From an uncultured delta proteobacterium (GTDB lineage Bacteria > Desulfobacterota > Desulfobacteria > Desulfobacterales > B30-G6), in assembly GCA_963701385.1 (NCBI GenBank), contig CAVOZW010000007.1:32385-96384 (forward strand): 64,000 nt of DNA. The letters are read 5' to 3'. The position numbers and the translations under genes were made by a program. The notes below the pieces were generated by a model. That model was not told the origin of the DNA and searched no databases. It worked only from the letters and a program-made list of their open reading frames with translations. Of this stretch, positions 44,665 to 52,235 are shown piece by piece (within the stretch, counting starts at the first letter, position 1; the number at the start of each line of letters is the position of its first letter).

Positions 44665-45723
44665 ATGAAAAATATTCTCGTCACCGGCGGAAGTGGCTTT
44701 ATCGGCACCAATTTCATCCGCTATCTGCTGTCTGAAACCGACTTCAGCGGCCATATCGTCAACATGGACGTGTTGACCTATGCCGGGAACCCTGAAAATC
44801 TGTCAGGATTGGACAATTCAACAGACGGCCGCTATACCTTTGAACATGCCGACATCTGTGATGCCGAGGCCGTAAAAACCGTTTTCCAAAATCACAAAAT
44901 CGATACGGTCTGTCATTTTGCGGCAGAGTCTCACGTGGATCGATCCATCGTAGCCCCGGATGCCTTCGTTAGAACCAACATCTTGGGGACATTCACACTT
45001 CTTGAAGAAGCGCGGCGCCATCAAGACCGTCTCAAACGGTTTCACCACGTCAGCACGGACGAAGTTTACGGATCTCTGGGAAAAGAAGGCTTCTTTACCG
45101 AAACAACGCCCTACGACCCCAGCAGCCCCTACTCCGCATCCAAGGCTGCTTCGGATCATCTGGTGCGTGCTTACCATCGAACCTACAATATTCCCGTCAC
45201 CATTTCAAACTGTTCCAATAACTACGGTCCCTATCAATTCCCGGAAAAATTGATTCCCCTCATGATCCTGAATGCCCTGGCCGGCAAACCACTGCCTGTT
45301 TACGGCCAGGGGCTCAATGTTCGGGACTGGCTCTTTGTGCGCGACCACTGCAGGGCTGTATGGACGATCATGCAGAACGGCCGTGCCGGGGAGACCTACA
45401 ACATCGGCGGAGAATGTGAACTGCCGAACATCAAGCTCGTTCGTACCCTCTGCGATATTATCGACGAAATGGTGCCTTCCGGTCCCAAGCGACCACGCTC
45501 GCAGCTGATCACTTTCGTAAATGATCGGCCCGGACATGATTTCCGCTATGCCATCGATTGCAGCAAATTGAAAACCGAGCTCCTCTGGCGCCCAATGGCT
45601 TCTTTCGAAACAGGCATTCGACAAACGGTTCAATGGTATCTCGACAATCCTGCCTGGGTCCAGCGGGTTCAGAGCGGAGAATACAGGGCCTGGATGACGC
45701 AGAACTATGACCAGAGGGACTAA
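44665..45723 (+). CDS. rfbB: dTDP-glucose 4,6-dehydratase
   Basis: VTGGSGFIGTNF Rossmann motif, YSASKAASDHL catalytic YxxxK, and HVSTDEVYG. Confidence 0.92.
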   Translation: MKNILVTGGSGFIGTNFIRYLLSETDFSGHIVNMDVLTYAGNPENLSGLDNSTDGRYTFEHADICDAEAVKTVFQNHKIDTVCHFAAESHVDRSIVAPDAFVRTNILGTFTLLEEARRHQDRLKRFHHVSTDEVYGSLGKEGFFTETTPYDPSSPYSASKAASDHLVRAYHRTYNIPVTISNCSNNYGPYQFPEKLIPLMILNALAGKPLPVYGQGLNVRDWLFVRDHCRAVWTIMQNGRAGETYNIGGECELPNIKLVRTLCDIIDEMVPSGPKRPRSQLITFVNDRPGHDFRYAIDCSKLKTELLWRPMASFETGIRQTVQWYLDNPAWVQRVQSGEYRAWMTQNYDQRD

Positions 45724-45817
45724 CTCAACTTTGGGTTTGAGCTATCTTGAAAGCCATCCGCCACAAGCGCCTAACAGCCAACAGTTTAGATTCCTAAATA
45801 CCTAACAAGGGTATCCG

Positions 45818-46552
45818 ATGATGAAACCGACCAAAGACTACCTCATCTTCCCCCTGGATGTACCCACCATCGATGAAGCCAGACGCTATGTCTCGCTGCT
45901 CAAAGATCAGGTGGGCATATTCAAGATCGGTCTGGAACTCTTTATCAAAACCGGGCCCGGGATTGTTCATGAACTCCGTAAAGTGTCCGCCGGCGCAGGC
46001 ATCTTTCTGGACCTGAAGCTCCACGACATTCCGGAGACCGTTTACCGGGCCATGCAGGGCATCGCTTCGCTTAGTATCACCTATGCCACGGTTCACTGCG
46101 GTGAGTCGAAAAAGATGCTCGAGGCAGCCGTCAGAGGCGCCGGCGGCAAGGTCCATCTCCTGGGCGTGACCGTACTCACGAGTGTCGCCAAAGAGGAGCT
46201 CCGGTCGGCCGGCTATGATGCCTCCTATGCAACGGATGTCACCCGTCTGGTGGTAAAAAAGGCACAGATGGCCAGTGCTTCAGGGTTTGCGGGCGTGATC
46301 TGCTCCGGCCACGAGGTCGGGCAGATTAAAAAGGCCTGCGGCAGTTCATTCCTGGCGGTAACACCGGGCATACGACCGGCCTGGGATCTTTCCAAGGGCG
46401 ATGACCAGGCGCGCGTCATGACGCCCGCCCGGGCCATCCGGAACGGATCCGATCACCTGGTCATCGGCCGCCCCATCCGGGATGCCATAGACCCGGTCCT
46501 GGCAGCGCAACAAGTTCTTGGAGAAATCGAGAAAGCCCTCCAGCAGCCATAA
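45818..46552 (+). CDS. pyrF: orotidine-5'-phosphate decarboxylase
   Basis: LIFPLDV...FKIGLELF...DLKLHDIPETV...VIGRPI signature blocks. Confidence 0.9.
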   Translation: MMKPTKDYLIFPLDVPTIDEARRYVSLLKDQVGIFKIGLELFIKTGPGIVHELRKVSAGAGIFLDLKLHDIPETVYRAMQGIASLSITYATVHCGESKKMLEAAVRGAGGKVHLLGVTVLTSVAKEELRSAGYDASYATDVTRLVVKKAQMASASGFAGVICSGHEVGQIKKACGSSFLAVTPGIRPAWDLSKGDDQARVMTPARAIRNGSDHLVIGRPIRDAIDPVLAAQQVLGEIEKALQQP

Positions 46553-46586
46553 AATCGTTTGATTGGTTATAGTTCGGTCCGACCCA

Positions 46587-46627
46587 ATTATCTCCCAACC
46601 AATTGGGAGAAGAGCCAAAATTATTAA
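46587..46627 (+). repeat. palindromic upstream element, copy C (TCTCCCAA-CCAA-TTGGGAGA plus an A/T box)
   Basis: AATTATCTCCCAACCAATTGGGAGA-AGAGCCAAAATTATTAA. The hairpin ends 47 nt before ATG 46658. Confidence 0.7.
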
Positions 46628-46657
46628 TGACAATAACAATTACCATCGAGGCTCCGT

Positions 46658-47311
46658 ATGCAACATAGCGTGTCTATAGACAGTTCATTGAGTGATAAAG
46701 ACCTTCGAATAATTTCCACACTTGATTCGCCGGGCAGGATACAGGCTTTTCTTGATTCAATACCCTATAGCAGCGAGCCTATTTATCGTTGTCCATTACA
46801 GGTTATCCAGGATCGGGTTGCTCATTGTTTCGACGGCGCCTTGTTCGCCGCTGCAGCTTTACGCCGAATAGGCTTTCCGCCTTTAATTCTGGACATGATT
46901 CCTGATGGGCGCGATGATGACCATCTCTTGGCCTTGTTCAAACAGGAGGGGCATTGGGGGGCGATCGCCAAATCAAACTTTGCCGGATTGAGGTTCCGAG
47001 AACCCATTTTTCGCAATCTGCGAGAATTGGTTTTATCGTATTTTGAACAATATTATAATATTGAACGTGAAAAAACGCTACGAGGCTATACCTTGCCGTT
47101 AAATCTCAAGACGTTTGACAGGTTTGACTGGATGACAAGTGATACGTCCTTGGAACGAATTGCCCAGCGGTTGGACGAAATTAAAAGATTCTTTTTTCTA
47201 ACCCAAAAGATGATAGCCAATCTGTCAACCGTCGATGAGCGATTGTACAAAGCAGGCTTGCATGGTGCAAACGAGGCTGGATTATTTGACCCCAAAGAGA
47301 AAATTGACTAG
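46658..47311 (+). CDS. hypothetical protein with possible transglutaminase/cysteine-peptidase-like Cys-His core
   Basis: The spacing of VAHCFDGALFAAAALRRIGFPP ... DDHLLALFKQEGHWGAIAKS resembles a transglutaminase-like core. GAGG SD. The family assignment is tentative. Confidence 0.55.
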   Translation: MQHSVSIDSSLSDKDLRIISTLDSPGRIQAFLDSIPYSSEPIYRCPLQVIQDRVAHCFDGALFAAAALRRIGFPPLILDMIPDGRDDDHLLALFKQEGHWGAIAKSNFAGLRFREPIFRNLRELVLSYFEQYYNIEREKTLRGYTLPLNLKTFDRFDWMTSDTSLERIAQRLDEIKRFFFLTQKMIANLSTVDERLYKAGLHGANEAGLFDPKEKID

Positions 47312-47360
47312 AGGCCCATCGCAAAAAAAAAGATTGGGGTTTCTGGCAAGGCGCGGGACA

Positions 47361-47411
47361 GCGAAACAGCGGAGCATACACGTAGTATGTGAGCATTTTG
47401 AGCTGTTTCGC
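47361..47411. repeat. nested inverted repeat (10-bp outer stem GCGAAACAGC/GCTGTTTCGC, inner CATAC/GTATG)
   Basis: Perfect outer stem at 47361-47370 / 47402-47411 and inner stem at 47375-47379 / 47385-47389. It shares ACAGCGGA and GTAGTA words with the 37.3-kb repeats. Confidence 0.7.
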
Positions 47412-47500
47412 AACGCCGCCAGGGGAACTTTGATTATTCTGAGAGAGGTTGTAAGCTTTCACCACCAAAAGGGGTGGGCTCAATAGCGAATGATCTTTGC

Positions 47501-47731
47501 CTATTTCAATTCTCTAATGAGTTGCTTTAGGCGAAATTCCCTGGCTTCTACCTTGATCATCATCATGCTAAACGATTCGGCCATTTCCGTAAAAAGACTC
47601 GGGTATCTGCCGGTCTTTGATAGCTCCAATAACCTCTCGACATCTTTTCTATCGTAATCTCCAGAAGCAATCTTTTTAAATGAAGAATTCATTATATCCA
47701 GAAGATCAAGATAGTAGCGTTCATATACCAT
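47501..47731 (-). CDS. small hypothetical protein (76 aa)
   Basis: ATG 47731 is preceded by AAGGA (MVYERYYLDLLDIMNSSFKKIASGDYDRKDVERLLELSKTGRYPSLFTEMAESFSMMMIKVEAREFRLKQLIRELK). Helical, with a HAMP-like tail. No firm family. Confidence 0.4.
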   Translation of the reverse strand: MVYERYYLDLLDIMNSSFKKIASGDYDRKDVERLLELSKTGRYPSLFTEMAESFSMMMIKVEAREFRLKQLIRELK

Positions 47732-48235
47732 GGTTTTTTCCTTGGAAGGCAACATCAAGTTCTTAACTCAACCTTCTTCACCACAAGCTAGAGCGAAAAG
47801 GGTGATCCAATGGTGATTTGCGCTGTTTGAGCCGCCTAGGGCACCTTACATCAGCGCATGTGAATAAAAATCCAATATGAAAACACGGTCATTTGGCAGC
47901 CATGCCTGTTTAACCATATGGCCGGCGCTGATGTTAGGAGCCCTTAGGGCGAGTTCGCAAAGCACCAGGGGATTATTCATTTCGCGTTTGCCGAATCCCG
48001 AAAGTTGAGTTTTTAGGTAAACGATCTGCACGAATGTCCCCTTTAACGGTTCAGGGAACGACCCAAAAGATACGGTAGACAGCCAGTCCCAGGAGAATAA
48101 CACCCAGCAGGAGCACAAGCAACAGTTGATCGCTGTTGAACTTTCTCAAACCAACATGGAGCGTTTCAAATTTTGAGAAAATTGAAATGACTTTTCTTTT
48201 CAATGCCTAGCACCGATTTGTTTCTTTAAACCCAA

Positions 48236-49453
48236 CTACTCGGCATCCAACCCGAATGCCGAATGAAGAACCCGTACGGCCAGTTCGGCATACTTTTCTT
48301 CCACCACACAGGATATCCTGATCTCGGATGTGCTGATCATAGAGATGTTGATGTTCTCTCTTGCCAATGCCGTGAACATGATCGATGCCACGCCGGAGTG
48401 ATTTTTCATACCGACCCCGATTACGGACACTTTGGCGATGTTGACGTCCCCGAAAACGTCTTCGGCACCAATTTCTTCGGCAATACGCTTTTCGATCTTC
48501 ATGGCCCGATCATAATCCCCCTTGGGAACGGTAAAGGTCAGGTCGGTCTGCCCGCCTGCCCGGGTATTTTGAATGATCATATCCACCACGATGTCGGCTT
48601 CGGTGATGGGTGAGAATATTTTTGCCGCGACACCGGGCTGGTCAGGTACCTTTTTAAGGGTAATGCGCGCTTGATTTTTATCATGGGTCACACCTGAGAC
48701 CACCAGCTGTTCCATACCACATTCTTCATTCATCACCATGGTTCCCTCCTCGTCGGAAAAAGATGATCTTACATGAACGGGAATGTTGAATCTTTTGGCA
48801 AATCCGACTGAACGAATCTGGAGCACTTTTGCTCCCAGACTGGCCATGTTCAGCATTTCATCGTATGAGATCTCCTTGAGTTTTCTTGCTTTGCTACAAA
48901 CGTTCGGGTCTGCCGTGTAGATACCGTCGACGTCGGTGTAGATTTCACAGACATCGGCCTTCAGTGATGCCGCGATGGCCACGGCAGAGGTGTCGGATCC
49001 GCCCCGCCCGAGCGTCGTGATGTTCCCTCTAATGTCATGCCCCTGAAAACCTGCGATCACCACAATGGTTCTCTTTTTCAACAAGGCCTTGATGCGATCC
49101 CCGCCGATTTCGATGATGCGCGCATTACCGAACTCGCAATCTGTCACCACATCTGCTTGGTAGCCCATCAGGGATTCCGCTGGATAGTTCATGGATTTCA
49201 GCATCATGGCTAGCAGTGCCGCTGTTGTCTGTTCCCCGGTGGCCATGAGCACATCCAGTTCCCGTCTGTCCGGGTTTTCGGTAACTTCTTTGGCCATGCT
49301 GATCAGCCTGTCCGTGACCCCTGCCATAGCGGACAGAATGACCACCACGTTGTCCCCCCGGTCGTAGCTGCAGGTCACTCTTTTGGCCACATTTTGAATT
49401 CTTTTCAAGTCAGCGACAGACGTGCCGCCGAACTTTTGAACAATAATCCCCAT
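48236..49453 (-). CDS. lysC: aspartate kinase (monofunctional, two ACT domains)
   Basis: MGIIVQKFGGTSV...VVVILSAMAGVTD...GRGGSDTSAVAIAA. 405 aa. Confidence 0.92.
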   Translation of the reverse strand: MGIIVQKFGGTSVADLKRIQNVAKRVTCSYDRGDNVVVILSAMAGVTDRLISMAKEVTENPDRRELDVLMATGEQTTAALLAMMLKSMNYPAESLMGYQADVVTDCEFGNARIIEIGGDRIKALLKKRTIVVIAGFQGHDIRGNITTLGRGGSDTSAVAIAASLKADVCEIYTDVDGIYTADPNVCSKARKLKEISYDEMLNMASLGAKVLQIRSVGFAKRFNIPVHVRSSFSDEEGTMVMNEECGMEQLVVSGVTHDKNQARITLKKVPDQPGVAAKIFSPITEADIVVDMIIQNTRAGGQTDLTFTVPKGDYDRAMKIEKRIAEEIGAEDVFGDVNIAKVSVIGVGMKNHSGVASIMFTALARENINISMISTSEIRISCVVEEKYAELAVRVLHSAFGLDAE

Positions 49454-49513
49454 ATTCTGTTCCTGAATCCTTCATTTTTAAAAATTTGAAACACTCGAGT
49501 TAGATTTGAAGAA

Positions 49514-49600
49514 CCTCGCAGCAAGCTACGAGGAATCTTCGACCGTAAGGAATTCTGTCTAATTTAGATTCGCTCGCTAACCCCGCAGCAAGCTACGGGG
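49514..49600. repeat. composite intergenic repeat: two hairpins (CCTCG/CCCCG-CAGCAAGCTA-CGAGG/CGGGG) flanking a reversed copy of the AATTAGGCAGAATTCCTTACGGTCGA core
   Basis: Hairpins at 49514-49533 and 49581-49600. The RC of 49540-49573 (gaatctaaattagacagaattccttacggtcgaa) matches 55784-55817 with 3 mismatches. Confidence 0.8.
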
Positions 49601-49607
49601 AATGCGC

Positions 49608-50087
49608 TCACTGTTGCGGTTCAAGCTCTCTTAGCAGATCCTCGCCCGTCTGTCCACAGCCTGTTAAGCGGATTACCCGTTCGTTATCGCCCGTGATATC
49701 GAAGTGTATGACCACATCCTGGGCCAGGTTTTCTCCTGAAATTCTTTCCGCCCACTCGATGGCCACGACGCCATCGGCCGTCAAGATATCAAACAGCCCC
49801 GTGCTTTCGATATCGATGTCATTGGAAAGACGATAGAGGTCTGCATGAAACAATGGAACCCTGCCCGGGTATTCGTTGATCAGTGTGTAGGAGGGGCTGG
49901 TAATCATGAACCCTTTGGGAACGACCAGGCCCCTGGCGAGCCCTTGTACGAATAGCGTCTTTCCACTTCCGAGATCACCCATCAGTGCAATAATCAAACG
50001 GCCCGTCGCCGCCTGACCGACAGTCTCGCCCAATTTGACGGTATCCTCCGGGGATCTGGATGTCACCTGAAGCTGCATGATTGACAT
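49608..50087 (-). CDS. tsaE: tRNA t6A37 threonylcarbamoyl-transfer protein TsaE (YjeE ATPase)
   Basis: P-loop GDLGSGKTLFVQGLARGL, then SPSYTLINEY...HADLYRL. 159 aa. Confidence 0.88.
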   Translation of the reverse strand: MSIMQLQVTSRSPEDTVKLGETVGQAATGRLIIALMGDLGSGKTLFVQGLARGLVVPKGFMITSPSYTLINEYPGRVPLFHADLYRLSNDIDIESTGLFDILTADGVVAIEWAERISGENLAQDVVIHFDITGDNERVIRLTGCGQTGEDLLRELEPQQ

Positions 50088-50092
50088 GTTTC

Positions 50093-51650
50093 CTAATTGA
50101 AACGCGCTAGCTTTTTAATCTGACGGGGAAGCTGGTTCATGACATCTGTGGCCAGGTACCCGAAAGGCCCACGATGGATCGCTTGATGGTCTGCGGCGGC
50201 CCCGTGAATAAAAACGCCCAGATGGACCGCATCCTGCGGTGCATATCCCTGAGCTACAAATCCGGCTATGGCACCGGTCAGGACATCTCCCATGCCCCCT
50301 GATGGCCATCCCGGGATTTCCCGTGAGATTGACATATACCCGACCGTCCGGATGTGCCATGACAGTCCTGGCGCCCTTGAGAACAACATGGACATGGTAG
50401 GATGTCGCCAGGTGACGCGCCCAGCCGATACGATCTCCCTGAACAGCCGTCGGTGAAATCCCGCACAACCTGCCCATCTCTCCAGGATGAGGCGTCAGAA
50501 TAACGGGTATGTTCAAGGAGCGAAGTATTTCGGGGTTTTCTGAGAGAAGGTTGAGGCCATCGGCATCAACGACCACAGGCAAGGCGATTTCCACCAGGAG
50601 CCGGAACAGCAGCTGTTTTGTCTCTTCTGCCGTACCGATACCGGGACCGATGACAAGACAGCTCTTGCGGGTCAACAGCTTCTGGAGCGCATCCATGGCA
50701 GACGTGTCCAGCATGTGGTCGGTGGTCTCCGGCAAGGCATAGGTCATGACTTCCGTGACCTGTGATTCCAACACCGGGTTCAAGCTTTTGGGAACCCCCA
50801 AAGTGACGAGGCCGGCGCCTGTGCGCATGGCAGCCGTCGCCGTCATGGCCGCAGCTCCCGACTTTCCGGGAGACCCGGCAATGGCAAGCAGGTGACCGGT
50901 TCTGCCTTTGTGCGTGTTCGGATCCCTCTTTTGAAGCACATCCCTTAGGTCCTCCTTTTCCAGGATGAATTGACCCGGTCGGATGTGATCTGCAACTTGC
51001 CTTGGAATACCGATATCGATGACGTCGAGTGCACCCGTGTGTGCCGCACCCGGGTAGACGACATGACCGATCTTGGGAAAACCAAATGTAGCTGTCGCCT
51101 GGGCCTCAATACAGACACCGCAGATCTGCCCGTTGTCCGCATTCAGACCCGATGGGATATCCACGGCCAATATTGGCTTTCTCAAGGCGTTCAGAAACAG
51201 AATCACTTCCTTGTAATGGCCCTTGACATCCGATTTCAGTCCGGTGCCGAATATGCCATCCACCCATACATCATGCCGCCGCATGGCAGCTTTCTGTTTC
51301 TTGAAGCTAGCGGTGTCGGGAATTTCCAGCACCGGTATACCCAAGGAGGCCAGGAGATCAACGTTTTTTTTGGCATCCCCCTGAATCCTGCCTTTCTCAC
51401 TGAGAAGATAGACCTTCACCGAGACGCTCTTTTGCGATAGATATCGCGCCATAACAAAGCCGTCTCCGCCGTTGTTTCCTCTTCCGGCGACGACTCCGAC
51501 GGATTTTTCCGCCAGGTCCGGAAACACCCGGCACATGAACCTGAAGGCACCCGACCCGGCATTTTCCATAAGCACCCTCCCGGGAATACCTATGTCGCGG
51601 ATAGCCTCCTGATCCATCAATTGCATTTCCTTGGCAGTCACGAGGTACAT
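50093..51650 (-). pseudogene. nnr: bifunctional NAD(P)H-hydrate repair enzyme Nnr (epimerase + ADP-dependent dehydratase), frameshifted near 50303
   Basis: YjeF_N GRGNNGGDGFV and a carbohydrate-kinase-like C-domain. The main frame reads ...NLTGNPGMA and then nonsense (IRGHGRCPDR...). The true continuation SGGMGDVLTGAIAGFVAQG...HGAAAD is in track ORF 50093-50395. Removing one A after ATGGCC restores GNPGMASGGMGDVLTG. Start at ATG 51650 (AAGGA SD). Confidence 0.8.
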
Positions 51651-51767
51651 GGCATGTTCCTTTCTCAAACCGGTTACATCAAAAAATACGAGCCTATAAT
51701 TAATACGAAGGCATCTCGAAACGCCGAAAGATGAAACATAAATTTATCTAATCCCTCGGCGTTATGG

Positions 51768-52235
51768 CTAAGCTTGTTTTGGGTTATGGTCTGAAAAGAT
51801 AGCTCCAATCTGTTTCAGAAGTTCATTCGTTTTGGCTTCCATCCGCCGGGCTTCCGTTTCAGACACTTCATGGTCATACCCAAACAGGTGCAGAATACCA
51901 TGAACCATCAGCTCTCCTAAACGATCATTCATGGACACGCCGGTCGCCAGGCTCTCTTTCTCAGCCGTTTCCAGGGAAATGACAACATCGCCCAGTAAAT
52001 CCGGATTGATTTCGGCAAACGCCCCCTCTCGCATGGGAAATGCGATGACATTGGTAGGTCCTTCGCGTTGAAGATAGTTCTTGTTCAGAACAGCGATTTG
52101 TGGATCATCAAGAAGTAAGATGGAAAGTTCGCCCTCAGGGCTGTCCAAGGCGTCTAAGATGGCCTGGGCCTTTTCTTTCAGATTTTTCAGCGCTATCAGG
52201 TATTGGTTTTGTCTGTTTTCTATCAGTATTCCCAT
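51768..52235 (-). CDS. ybeY: rRNA maturation endoribonuclease YbeY
   Basis: Zinc motif HGILHLFGYDH. 155 aa. Confidence 0.9.
   Translation of the reverse strand: MGILIENRQNQYLIALKNLKEKAQAILDALDSPEGELSILLLDDPQIAVLNKNYLQREGPTNVIAFPMREGAFAEINPDLLGDVVISLETAEKESLATGVSMNDRLGELMVHGILHLFGYDHEVSETEARRMEAKTNELLKQIGAIFSDHNPKQA

Noticed and set aside
47846-48118. 90-aa minus-strand ORF. Also an alternative 32-aa TTG-initiated hydrophobic peptide (RKFNSDQLLLVLLLGVILLGLAVYRIFWVVP) downstream of lysC.
   Set aside because: The 90-aa translation is Cys/Trp/Phe-rich with no SD. The short peptide is plausible as a membrane micro-protein, but it has a TTG start, no SD and no supporting evidence.
49454-49607. 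Lysine riboswitch or other leader upstream of lysC.
   Set aside because: The spacer is occupied by the dispersed hairpin/core repeat. I could not recognise L-box conserved segments. Only a covariance-model search could exclude one completely.
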